64,000 bases of DNA, taken from assembly GCF_009914755.1 (NCBI RefSeq), contig NC_060934.1, one strand, 5' to 3'. Below, in pieces: positions 16,951 through 31,170 of the stretch. The first letter of the stretch is position 1, and each line of letters starts with the position of its first letter. The notes beneath the pieces were generated by a model that saw only the letters and a list, made by a program, of their open reading frames with translations, searched no databases and was not told the DNA's origin. Position numbers and translations under genes: made by a program. This stretch comes from the human T2T-CHM13v2.0 reference genome, Homo sapiens.

Positions 16951-17944
16951 TACGTAAAAAAATTTCTGGTCTGATATTTCCAACATTCCTGCCATATTTA
17001 GCTATGGTTCTGATGTTTGGTTTGGTCTCCTCAAACTACAGTTTTTGCCTTTTAGTATGCCTGTAATTTTTTGTTAAAGGTGGACATAATAATACTAAGT
17101 ATTTTTTTTTTTAAAGCCTACAGTAAACAGGTGTTTTGTAATGCAGTACTAGGGTGATGGGGGAGGAGAAGCATTCTATAGGCCTAGGATTAGGTCTCAG
17201 TCCTCTGGTGAGCCCGTGCCTCTAGACTGTGACCTTCCACCAGCATTTCTCAGGTTTTTTCCTCCCTTCAAATGGAACAGGGTGGCTGGAGAGGGCTGAA
17301 GTTATTTCCCTTCCCACAACTGGAAGTCTAGAGGGAGGTGGAGTTAGGAATTTCCTTTTCTCCATGTGGAGGGCTAGAGTTGACTGGAGCTGCATTTTTC
17401 CCATTCCCCAGTTAGGTTTGGTTCTAAGAGAAATAATTTCTCCTGAGGGCAGGCCTTGTTAAGAACAGAATACCTTGGTGTATTTCAAAATGTTTCACTT
17501 CTCCCTTCTCCAGCTGACAGCGTAAGAGGATTTTTCTCAAATATTTACTGTGAGGACCTGGTAGAGCTCCAGGAAGTAAATCTCACAAAACTACGGGGGC
17601 TTCCTTAGGACTGGCTCTCCCTGGAGCTTTTAGGTCTCAGACTTGTCCACACTGAGCCTCCAGCAACTCCTCAATTACAGCTCAGATTTTCCTACCCGGG
17701 TACTGGTTCCCTCAGGGGTTTCTGATCCTCGGTTTCTGCTTCAGTAGTTGTGATTCTCTGTATCCAGCTGTCTGTCTCTCCAGTTTTGGAGGATGTGGTT
17801 TGCCCTGTGACTTCACTTATCTGAGGAATCTAAGAAGTGTTGTCTATTCTTCATTTTGTTCAGTTATTTATTTGTTGTCAGGACCAAGTGGCAATTACTG
17901 AGCTCCTTACATGCTACACTGGAAATTGGAAGTCTTCAGAGATT

Positions 17945-18385
17945 ACTTCTTAATAGTTTTTAAGAGTGCTTTGTATATGAAGATATATACCCAAAAATCA
18001 GACAAAAAACCCTCTGTCAGGTTTTACAAATTTTTTCCTAGTTTGTCATCTGTCTTTTAATCTTGTTTATATTGGTTTTGGAGGCACAGGAGTTTCAATT
18101 CTTGTATACTCAAATCTATGATTATGGTTTCTGATTTTACGACAGAAAGGTCCTCCTGCTATCAAGAATATAATACCTTTATCTATTTTTTTGTACTTTT
18201 ATGGTACTTTCAGTTTTTCCATTTCCTACCTATCAGAATTTTTTTTCTTCAGTTTTTATTAAATGGCTGGCTGGTTGTCACATCGTTTACTGAATAATTC
18301 CATCGTGTTCCAAAAACCATAAAATGCTGTCTTTATCTTAGACTAAATATCTATTAATAATTGGGTATGTTTCTGGACTTTGAGG
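17945..18385 (-). mobile_element. Old L1 (L1ME-like) ORF2 3' fragment; continues pieces at about 8110-8235 and 8650-8730
   Basis: Degenerate antisense L1: TTTAAGAGTGCTTTGTATAT...CTAGTTTGTCATCTGTCTTTTAA...GGGTATGTTTCTGGACT. Confidence 0.55.
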
Positions 18386-19847
18386 GAAAAAAAAAAAAAA
18401 CCTGGGAACAGAGACTGCCTGTGAAATGAACTGAGTAGCTGGAAACAGGGAAGAAAAAAAGACTAATTTTTCACTGTTCCCTTTTAAATTTATTCCACGT
18501 GCTTTGAATTATCACTCAAGACATCAACAGAAATCTGTTGAAATTCTGCTTACTAGACATGATGTCATTATCAAATATTTCAGATTTGGCAAATTATACC
18601 ACAACCCCATATGCACCTGAATACCTGAAATCATAAGTCTATCTTGAGCTTAAAACCCTGATTTAATCTATTCTATTTTAAATAAATAGTAAAAGTACCT
18701 CAATTATCTTAAACTAGATGTTTCTCTGCCACTTAACATGGTCAAACACAAAACCATATTTTACCATGAAGGAAAAACAAAAGCTTCTGTCTAAATCCTT
18801 AATTGTTATAGTTAAGGCTACTACTGGAAATGTGTAAGAATCTCAGATAATGTCAATTTCTTACTGTGTGTGCTTCCCAGATCCAGCCATCACAGATGTA
18901 TTTTACTTTTTGTGTTGTCAGCTAGTCACCATCTTTTTCTACCAATACCTATAGTGAATACTTAATCAGAACCTAATCTTTTTATTCTATTGCTATCTGA
19001 TCATTGTATTTTCAGTATCATTTCATTATCATTCAATCTCTGAAGCCAAACTGAACCTCTGTTGTAACCATAATTCCATAAGCGACTGCCTGAGAGAAAA
19101 GAGGTATCCATCTAGCAGCAGACAGAAAAAGAACAGCTTTCTTCTGTTATGTCAGTCTTCTTAAGATCCTCTCTCTCCCCCTATTTTCTAAACAACTATG
19201 AAAGACAGACTCATTTAGTAATTTTAGCCTTTCTCCAAATAAATATATTTTTTAGCCACTGAAAATGCTCTCTTAATAGAAATGCGAAGGTGACCTAGTA
19301 TTCAGTCTCATTAGCATTCTCATTAATAATTACAGCGATCAGACATTATCTTTGTACCCTCTAATTCTGCTCTCACTACCTGCTCTCCTAGGTACTTTCT
19401 TAGTCTCTGTTGCTCTGCTAATAAATGAACTCTTTTAACATGCAGAAGATGCACATTCCACATATCTCCTAGGAAAACTAATATTTAAAAGAGAAACCAA
19501 TGCTTTTAACAGTCTAATTACCCTTAGATTTTAAAGCCTCTTATTTTTGATCTTCATAACAGTATCATCCCCATATTCAACAGGAAACATACAGTGTGAT
19601 TTACCAAACATCCTATTACCGGTAGTAGAACTAGGTCTCCTGTGAGAATGTCCTTTGCCCTAAATACATTGCCTTCCTCAGAGAAGAAAAGTGTCTTTGC
19701 AGAACACAATGAAGGATGCGCTTTATATAGCACAATGTATGAATATTAGTGATATATGTATAAAATCAAAATTAAGTTCAGTACTTAAAGAAATCATATC
19801 TTCTATATAAGAAATGATTTCAAGCACTCCAAGAGACCACACTATAA

Positions 19848-20309
<462 letters not shown>

Positions 20310-20411
20310 TGAGACACAGTCCAATACACAGAAATTATAAACACCCTCCACTAAAATCTGGGCACTTTTCATGAGAGACTCTTCTCAGATGAAGTTACTC
20401 TTACTTTAGAT

Positions 20412-21025
20412 CAACAGTTCTCAACCACATCAGATTCAATGTGCCCCTTGCATAAAATATTTTCCAACTTCTGCTTTACCACCCTGAAACAAAATAACAA
20501 TATTCCTACAATTTCAAACAAATCCATATACCCTAAATAAGAGTGGAAAAGAGACATGAAAATGATTTATAATAACATATATTTCGACGTGGGGCAAAAC
20601 TACACTAGAAGACTTAAAGAAGTAACTAGTAGCTGAATATATCTATGAATGCAGAGCTGTTTGTGATACAGTTTTCCAAAACTGTAAACAATTCTTGGTC
20701 AAGTTGTGAACAAAACAATCTTCCTTCAATTCACATAACCGTTGCATGTGGAAACAGACTCAGTTAAAATTCAGTCTCAGTTAAAATCATGATGCAAGAT
20801 GGAGGTTCCAGGCTTTGATAATTACAAATACTACATGAAAGTCAGGCAGATATTCTTAAATCATGCAAGACATGGGGACACTTTGTTCAGGACTGTCCCA
20901 CACCTCTCTAGCCTTCACTCAACAAATGCAAGTTGTTAGCTCCAATCATTACAACAATCTAAAAAATGCCTTCCAGTTTCCCCTTGGAGGGCAACACCAA
21001 GCTGGACCCACCGCCTTAAACACAG
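20412..21025. mobile_element. hAT-Charlie DNA transposon remnant (Charlie2/MER20B-like)
   Basis: Begins with CAGTTCTCAACC hAT-type end; opposite end resembles the MER20-type terminus. Highly diverged. Confidence 0.4.
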
Positions 21026-21074
21026 TTCCGCTATCTATCCCAGTATAATGTAAACAAGCTTGGGAAGCATGAAT

Positions 21075-21235
21075 TAGATCTCCAGTTCTGTTACCAATGA
21101 CCTATGTGATCACCCGCCAGTTGAGTTAACTTCTCTAAACCTCACTTTCCATGGTACCAAAAGGGAATAAACGCTATATGGCTTTTTAAGTTGTCAGAAT
21201 GACTCAATGACACGTGTATAGCACATAGTAGGTGG
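21075..21235 (+). mobile_element. MIR SINE
   Basis: TTAACTTCTCTAAACCTCACTTTCC...GCACATAGTAGG. Confidence 0.6.
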
Positions 21236-21584
21236 TTTCCAACCCATGGCCTATTGAGATGTGAAAAAAGGCACTGTTCCAGGTAAATAGAAAGAAAGCA
21301 GCAAAAAGTAATCTAAATGTGGAAGAGGCAGAAGATATAATAAGCATACAAAATGAAACTTAACGCACAGCAGTCTAGGGACATTTCAGAGAGCAGCCAG
21401 CCATCCTACCTAGGTTGCCTTCAGCAACCCCTGAAGGCATTAATGTACTAGGATTAGCTGAAATAATTAATATTCACAATGATGACCTCCAAAGTAAAAA
21501 GGCAAGAAAGACATTTTTAAGAGACTTCCAATGTACGTGGCTGAAATTTTTTAAATCTGATGCCTAAAGAGTGACTGTATTTCA

Positions 21585-22075
21585 CAAACATTATTCAAAT
21601 TTTTATTGGACGTTTACCCTATCTGAGGCTAGATAGTTGGAAAACACAAAGAAATCTAATACACCATGTCTGTTCTCAAACATTTTACCATTCAGTACAT
21701 TAGACATGGTAGAGGCAGAATGACACAGATAAGAAATAGAAATTCAAGTAATAAATTATGAGAGCACAGACAAAATTAGGAATAATTGTCCCTGAGGAAA
21801 ACCAAGGATGTCTTCATGGCACAGGCCACTGAAAAATGAGAGTTCTGATAGGTACAGAATGGGGAGCAAAGTGTTAAGGGAAAAACGAAATCTGGGCAAA
21901 AGCACTGAGCATGAAAATACAGGTTGGCTGAAAGAAGAGAGGTAGGGAACGGGTACATTAGGAGTTGGGGGTGAAAGTAGTAAAAGTAAAGGCTGTAAAG
22001 CTATTTCAGGACCTTTCATGAAGGGATCTGAATGATATTCAAATTCATTTGAGTTTTATTGAACAAGAGAGTTCG
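21585..22075 (-). mobile_element. L2 LINE remnant
   Basis: Starts ATTCAAATTTTTATTG; purine-rich degenerate L2 3' region. Confidence 0.45.
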
Positions 22076-22384
22076 CCAAAAAACTGGTGCTTATGCAGCA
22101 CACCTGATCCTCAAATAATGCTGAATAATGGCCAAAAATAAAAGATTCAGAGTTAAATGCAAATTATTACTCAAATTCCTGAAATAAAAAGTCTTGACAT
22201 GAATTAATAAGCGAAAAGAACCTAACCCAAGAGTAGAAAGTAGCTTCTGAGCTTGTTTCTTAAATAATGAAATATTACCCAATTTATTGACTGAGAAGTG
22301 AAAATAATTTAGGATAATCTGTTGTGTCCTTTGATTGTCTTCCATGCAAGTCAGAGTATTTCCTAAACATATTATTTAGCAGTG

Positions 22385-22495
22385 CCTCATATCACCCTTG
22401 AAAGGCAAGAGACAGACTACAGTATTATTACCCCCTTTTTATCACAGGGAAACTGAGGAACAAGAAGACAAAATTACAGTATGGTCACAAAAGCC
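22385..22495 (-). mobile_element. MIR fragment
   Basis: TATTATTACCCCCTTTT...GGGAAACTGAGG...GGTCACA. Confidence 0.55.
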
Positions 22496-23449
22496 ATCAT
22501 ATTTTCTAGGACTTTAATTAAAGGCTCCAAGCCTACATTTCATCTTTTATTCTTCGCACCATCTGAATACTAGAATTATCTTTTACTATCGTCTTAACTG
22601 GAAAAAATAAAAATATCTAAACTTTAACATCATTTTCTCAATTTGGTACTGTCACAAAAAAAAAAAAAAAACAGTTTTAAAAGTCTGCCCTTGAAATGAT
22701 ATTTGCAAGAACAGCAAGGTGTAAGCAGTAACCCAACCTCCAAAAAATACAGTTGTAAATCTTACAGCTGTAATATAGTTGTAAATCTTAAGACAGGTCA
22801 GGAATCCTAGACCCAGCCTTTACTTTGAACATCTGGCAGGCCTCAGGGAAATAATGGAGATTCGTGTCTGTAAACAGTCTTTGCAGATGCTCTGATGAAA
22901 AGGTGCCCTAAGAGGCCCAGAACAGTGGTATCACTGCACCCACTACTGCAAACATGAAATCCTCCTCTGTCCCTCCCTGCATTGCACCACGAGACTCGTG
23001 GCACACACGGAGGCCTGTGCAAGAACCTCTCGACGATTCCTTTAAAATGTGGTAATATAAGGACGCCTTTGGTGCTGGGCCTCCGTAAACACTGAGGATA
23101 CCGGATGTGGCCAGGCACACCTCAAAGTCTTGGCTCTCCAAAACCAGGGCCTGGTCGAGAGTTTTATTGGACACCGAGTTCCTGCGAATATCTCACTTTT
23201 CACACAGACACTGCCAATCCCTACCCTCCAGTACCCTTCCTCAGCCTCCTGCCCCACTCTCGCCGCGAGGTGGGCGTCCCAAAGAGCTAAGGAGGGTAAG
23301 GTTGGTTAGAGCGCAGGGGCCAAGGCCGCGGCAGCGAGGCCGTCCAGCGCGGGCTAGGATCCCGCCAGCCCAGCCCTGGAGCCCGGCCGCCTGGCCCCAG
23401 CCCTGGCCCGGGCCAACGCGCCGCCGCCACCGCCTATCAGCGGAGCGCA

Positions 23450-23513
23450 GGGGCGGGGCTGGCCGGCTAGGCTGCCGGGCCGGCGGGCGGGGGCGGGCGG
23501 GGACGGGCGGGGG
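23450..23513 (+). promoter_or_regulatory. Sp/KLF GC-box cluster and G-quadruplex motif upstream of REEP3 exon 1
   Basis: GGGGCGGGGC at 23450-23459; GGGCGGGGGCGGGCGGGGACGGGCGGGGG at 23485-23513. Confidence 0.8.
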
Positions 23514-23691
23514 ACCGACCGCCGCGCAGCCCAGGCCGCCGCGCGCACACACCGGGCCCGGCTCCTGAGGGCGCCAGCGCGGCCCCGGGGAGCGCGAGGA
23601 GCCGGCGAAGCGCGCGGCCTGCCGTTGGCGGCCTGGTCCGCAGCGCCCTGCGCCCACCCGCCCCGGACGTGGGGCCCAAGCCCCCGTGAAG

Positions 23692-23723
23692 ATGGTGTCC
23701 TGGATGATCTCCAGAGCCGTGGT
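23692..23723 (+). CDS. REEP3: REEP3 (receptor expression-enhancing protein 3, ER-shaping DP1/Yop1 family), coding part of exon 1
   Basis: AAG-ATG-G strong Kozak context. ATG GTG TCC TGG ATG ATC TCC AGA GCC GTG GT translates to MVSWMISRAV(V), the REEP3 N-terminus. Followed by consensus donor GTAAGT (phase 2). Too short for the ORF track. Confidence 0.95.
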
Positions 23724-23883
23724 GTAAGTGCCTCTCACTGCGCCCTGCAGCCGGCGCGAGGCCCAGGGGAGCTGTGGGAAGGGGAAGGAGCCGAGAGGAA
23801 AGGGAAGGCCTGGGCCTGGGCGGGGACGGGGTAGCCCGGCCTCGGGCCTGCCGAGGGTCTGGGGGAGCCCTCGGCTTCCTCAC

Positions 23884-24050
23884 CTTGGTCCACGTCGCTG
23901 CGGAGCTCCCTGCGACGGCCGAGGGCCTAGCTGCGGCGACTGCGGCTGCGACGGCGGCGGCGGCTGTGGCGCTGCTCGGCTGCGTGCGGTGCGGCGCCCC
24001 TGCTCCGGCGGCGCTGGGTGGGCAGGCGCTCAGGGCAGGCGGCGCGCGCT
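23884..24050 (-). other. JMJD1C: Probable non-coding distal first exon of JMJD1C (5' end uncertain, roughly 24000-24230)
   Basis: Plus-strand CTTCCTCAC|CTTGG is the minus-strand donor CCAAG|GTGAGG. No minus-strand ATG between 23884 and 24247. Gene identity rests on the recalled JMJD1C-REEP3 head-to-head arrangement, not on coding sequence in the window. Confidence 0.6.
23930..23971. repeat. Interrupted GCG/GCN triplet repeat (14 triplets)
   Basis: GCT GCG GCG ACT GCG GCT GCG ACG GCG GCG GCG GCT GTG GCG. Confidence 0.8.
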
Positions 24051-24252
24051 CCCCGCTCCTGCTCCCCGCGCAGCGCGGCACCGCCCTGCGGGCCCGGGAG
24101 CGGCGCGCCTCGCAGCTGCTCCCTGCGCAGGCTCCGCAGACGCCGAGCGCGGGAGGCTCCGCGATCCTCCCGAGGATGCGACGGCAGTGCCGAGCCTTTG
24201 TATCCCGCGGCTGATGCGTTGCGGTGTCTCTCTTGGCGGCTGATTGCCATTC

Positions 24253-24261
24253 GGTCACGTG
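24253..24261. promoter_or_regulatory. USF/MiT-type E-box (GGTCACGTG)
   Basis: GTCACGTG motif at the right edge of the CpG island, upstream of the putative minus-strand start; motif match only. Confidence 0.5.
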
Positions 24262-25249
24262 TGGTAGGAGGAGAGATTTGTCTAAAAACCGGAGACCGCT
24301 CCCAGCCCAGGATCCCTGGGAAGGGTCCTAGTTTTCCCAAGATTTGCAGCTTACCGAGAAAGGTGACACCGGCTGCTCGCCCAGATCCCCGAATTCGGCC
24401 CTGTCTCGGCGGAAATATTTGCTAAGTGATTGAAAGGCTGCAGGTGCCTGTTGCCTTTGTTCAAATTATGGGTTCATTTCATTGTTCTCCTACCAACAAG
24501 TGCTACAGGTCTGTAAGAAAAAGAAATTCCTTGAGTTGGTGGTGTTAATCGTGTAAATGTATTTGAATACAGTTTAAACTGATTTTCTCTCATCTCCATT
24601 TTACCCCTCTCCCCGATTAAAAAAAAAGTCACCAAGTAAACAATGACGTAGTTACAGCTAGGGCCTATGAATTCATTATTCACCTCTGTAGTAGTGTTAT
24701 CTCAGAAGGTTTCATAAAGGTATATGAAAAAATGTTTATGTGAGGGGGCAGGCTTCTCTGATAAGCTTTAGAATTTAGGAAAAATAACATTACCAGACTT
24801 TTTGTTAAAAGGAGCTAGATTTTCTGAGTTTGGGGTTTATTTTGTTTGGAAGTGAATTACTAGCCCTATTTAATCAGATTTGCAGCACAGCATTCAAAAT
24901 TTTTCATTTGATTAAATCGCAAAGTTTCTAGTTTTAAAGCCTCAGAGCTTCCTGTGTTCCCCTGTACGAAACTAAAAATCAAGATATAAACAAAAGGATA
25001 CCACAGATGCCTTCAGATTGTTTTTCAGCCTTTTCCTGGCCTCTCTTTTGAGTCTGTCATTTATCTAATTCAGGCATACCTTTCTTGACCTAGTAGATGT
25101 CTATCAACTGTTGTGTCCACACCTAGAAAATCAAGTGCCCTATTAAGAAGCTGTACTTTACAAAAAAAAAAAAAAAAGCCTCTGGATTTCTTTGACCAGT
25201 TCTTCAGCTGACAGAAAATTGTGAAGCACTTTTAGACTTTTGTTTTTCA

Positions 25250-26210
25250 TAATTGCCAATGAATATGAATGTCTGTTCTAGGTGCTACCTATAACACAAA
25301 GGTCAGTAACACGTAGTTGATCATGGGAATTGACAGTTTGGGTGCACAGATATCTGCAGTACAGGTCCAAATGTCAACTCTTGTAAAAGTTACACCCACT
25401 CTAATACCCAGTGTTGGACAAGGAAGGGATATCTGGTTGGAGAATCAGAAAAGGCAAGGGAGATTACGTTTCAGATGGGCCTTAAAGAATAGGCCCAGTA
25501 GAGTGGCTCACACCTGTAATCCTAGCACTTTGGGAGGCCAAGGAGGGAAGATTGTTTGATCACAAGAGTTAGAGACCAGCCTGGGCAACATAGCGAGACC
25601 TTGTCTCCACAAAAAAAGAAAAATTTAATTAGCTAGTCACAGTAGCTCACACCTGTAATCCCAGCTACTCAGGGACTGAGGTAGGAGGATCGCTCAAATT
25701 CAGGAGGTCAAGGCTGCAGTGAGCCGTGATCGTGCCACTGCACTCCAGCCTGGGCCACAGAGTGAGACTGTGCCTCAGAAAAAAAACAAAAAAGAATGGA
25801 CAGAATCTAGGCAGCCAAAGATGAAAAAGGAAAGGATTCCAGATATAGGGACCGGCGTGAGCCAAAGCCCAGAGGAGGAAAAGCCCAGATTAGTTACAGT
25901 GGGCGTGAGGGACTCGGGTGGGGAAAAAGCAAGCTGGAAAGGTAGCCTGGGGCCTGTTTTCAAGAAAGAAGGGGTAAATGTTATAAGGCAGCAACAGCTT
26001 TGCTTTGGAAGATTCTCTGCCCTTCTGTGAAATGATTGGCAATGGAGACCTGGAAGACAAGGAGACTCCTTAGGAGGCTCCCTAACTGGAGAGAGGGGAT
26101 TAAAGCCTCTCTCCAGTTAAAGTACTTGAGCTACAGCATGTAAGGTTTGAGGCTAACGACAGGGAGCAATAATGTGAGGAAGAAAATGTCATGAAAAGAA
26201 ATGTATTTCT
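25250..26210 (-). mobile_element. L2 LINE remnant interrupted by Alu
   Basis: Degenerate antisense L2 (TGGGCCTTAAAGAAT...TTTGGAAGATTCTCTG...TAGGAGGCT). Confidence 0.5.
25492..25793 (+). mobile_element. Alu (AluJ-like)
   Basis: GGAGGATCGCTC...GGTCAAGGCTGCAGTGAGCCGTGATC; TSD AAAGAAT. Confidence 0.95.
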
Positions 26211-26579
26211 CAAGTGTCAGGAACTGTTATTTTGTGAGCCGTGAACACATTAGCACATTAGAAAGCACACTTGTAGAGAATATAAACATCATTCTATTTT
26301 TCCTCTTTACTCAGTTTCTCTCTCTAAACATGAAAGAGCAATCACAGGATCTACACAAACTTGGAAACCTTTTTCACACCAGGAGGTAGAATTTACTTGA
26401 TTCTTTCTAACCCACTGAGACAACCACCTCCTCCTGAGCAAGATCAGACCCTTCTCTCAACATGAACCTCTGGTAGCATGGGCAGGGAACCTCCATAACC
26501 AAAGCACCCTGTATGTAGAAGCACTTTGTCCCAAGATCCTGCACTTTAACACCAGAGAAATTAGCCCTGGACACCACTC

Positions 26580-26884
26580 TTTTTTTTTTCTTTTTTGAGA
26601 CAGAGTCTCTCTCTGTCGCCCACGCTGGAGTGCGGTGGTGTGATCTCAACTCACTGCAACCTCCACCTCCCAATTCAAGCAATTCTCATGTCTCATGACT
26701 CAACCTCCCAAGTAGCTGGGACTATAGGTGCACGCCACCACACCCGGCTAATTTTTTTGTATTTTTAGTAGAGACAGGGTTTCACCATATTGGCCAGGCT
26801 GGCCTTGAACTCCTAGCCTCAAGTGATCCGCCCACCTTCCTCGCTAAGTGCTAGAATTACAGCCATGAGCCACCGCACCTGGCC
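26580..26884 (-). mobile_element. Alu (AluSz/Jb-like) inserted in a MIR
   Basis: Antisense dimer; TSD CCCTGGA(C/T)ACCACT. Confidence 0.95.
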
Positions 26885-27250
<366 letters not shown>

Positions 27251-27284
27251 TATAGATAGCTTTTTTATGAGGGAAGTGAGTAAA

Positions 27285-27480
27285 ATGGTGTAGGAAGAAA
27301 TATCACTGGATTGTTACCAAGAAACTTGGAATTCAGAACTGGCTTTGGTTACCTTAACCAGCTGAATGACCCTGAGGCAGTCTCTTGCTGATTATAGACC
27401 TTGGTTCTATTTCTTAGAAGAGGCAAAGGGACCTGATAACCGCCAAGCTCTTTTGTCCAGCCTTAGCATTCTGTGATGAT
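27285..27480 (+). mobile_element. MIR3/MIR-type SINE
   Basis: CCAGCTGAATGACCCTGAGGCAGTC...CCAGCCTTAGCATTCTGTGA. Confidence 0.55.
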
Positions 27481-27562
27481 ATGAAAGTATTTTTCCATTA
27501 CTTACAGTCTGTTCAATCTCAGCTTACTTTAACATCACAGGCAAGATTGACAGATTAGTTAC

Positions 27563-27991
<429 letters not shown>

Positions 27992-27994
27992 TGA

Positions 27995-28170
27995 TCTAGC
28001 ATTGTGATTAAGATCAAGATAAAAGCCAGATTGCCAAATTCAACTATTAACTCTGCCATTTATGCGTCATAACCTACCCCATGGGATTAAATACATTACT
28101 ATATGTAATGTCCATAGTCCAGCATCTGGCACATAGTAAGCATTCAGTAAATGCTAGTAGTAGTTATCAG
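27995..28170 (+). mobile_element. MIR SINE
   Basis: TAGCATTGTGATTAAGA...CTGGCACATAGTAAGCATTCAGTAAATGCTAG. Confidence 0.7.
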
Positions 28171-28321
28171 AAAAAGGAAAAACATGCTCTCCTAAAATCC
28201 CAGCATGCTGAATGTTTGAAGTATCTTCAATATACATTTTTTGTTTGAATCACTTTGTGTGTAGGTAACATAATTTTAATTAGAGTATAGTAAAAATGTT
28301 ATACTAGTCTTTATTATATTG

Positions 28322-28383
28322 TAAGCATCTTCTATGTTGCTCTGAAATCTTATAAGCATCTTCTATGTTGCTCTGAAATCCTA
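28322..28383. repeat. Two-copy tandem duplication, period 31 bp
   Basis: TAAGCATCTTCTATGTTGCTCTGAAATC(T/C)TA twice. Confidence 0.95.
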
Positions 28384-28419
28384 TTTAGTATCTTCTGTTT
28401 GATCAGGCCAGTATTATTT

Positions 28420-29130
28420 TCTTAGCCATTCATCTATTTGTATTTAATTTTACATTTAGATAATTTTTAATATTTCATTATTATAAGTAATGCTGAAATG
28501 CAATTATAATGCTATAATGGACATTATATATACTTCTTTTGAAGTACATACTTCTTTGGGATAAAAATACAAGAGGAATATTTCTGAGTCAAACACTGAA
28601 TATTTTTATGATCATTGATATGAATTGCCAAATTGCTTTCCAAAAGAATATTAATATTTTACATGCTAGCAGCAATGTGTGAGTACTTTCTTTATCACAA
28701 TGTAGCCAGAATCGGAAGTTTTAATTTTTTAATACTTTACCAATAAATATAACATATCTCATTGTTTTCTTTTGTATTTTATTTATCAGCACAGTTGAAT
28801 GCTTGTCCAGATTTTTATTAATTATATATATTATGCATACAGTATGTATATACTTTGCCCATTTATCTCTTGGTTACTTGATAATTTACTTGTTTTGTCT
28901 GAGCTTTTTACATAATAAAGGAATTAACCTTATGTGATATTTCATGCAAATGTGTTTCTCAATCTAATTTCAGTTTTCTTTTAGATATTTTATTCTTGGT
29001 TGCATAGAGAGTTTATAGTTTTAATATAGTTCGCCTTCTTTGTTTTTTATTTTGTGATTTCTTGATCATTTCTAAATGTAAAATTAGATACTACAGATAT
29101 TTGATAAGTACTACTTTCCTATGTAGAAGT
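28420..29130 (-). mobile_element. Old L1 (L1ME-like) fragment
   Basis: ATTGCCAAATTGCTTTCCAAAAG...CAGCAATGTGTGAG...TTTGCCCATTT. Confidence 0.6.
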
Positions 29131-29379
29131 GGATTAATTTGGAGACTTCCTTTTCAATTCTATATATCGATATTTCCCTTTTTTACAATGATAATACATT
29201 TTTGTTTTACCTTAGTTTAATTGTCTGGCAGTACTCTTAAAACCCGCAATTATTTTTCTCTGATTCTCTTCATTTATATTGGGTGCTATAATGGATGTCT
29301 TCAAAGGCTAAATTATACACCTTAAAAACCATACTTCAGCAGCTTTCCCCCTTCTTTTCAGCTTCATCTCTTTTTTCTT

Positions 29380-31170
<1,791 letters not shown>

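Larger units (their letters stand above)
23230..24420. promoter_or_regulatory. CpG island, shared promoter region of REEP3 (+) and the minus-strand transcript
   Basis: Abrupt, very GC- and CpG-rich, repeat-free stretch of about 1.2 kb in an AT-rich, CpG-depleted background; contains a start codon and splice donors on both strands. Confidence 0.95.

Noticed and set aside
22843-23290. Cluster of 60-91 aa ORFs left of the CpG island
   Set aside because: No homology recognised, no splice or poly(A) structure; consistent with promoter-flank sequence.
23107-24425. Long overlapping ORFs in the CpG island (263 aa at 23467-24258, 171 aa, 165 aa, 153 aa, 146 aa)
   Set aside because: Open in several frames on both strands because GC-rich DNA lacks stop codons. 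Low-complexity Ala/Arg/Pro/Gly content, many non-ATG starts, no recognisable domain, and some read through splice donors.
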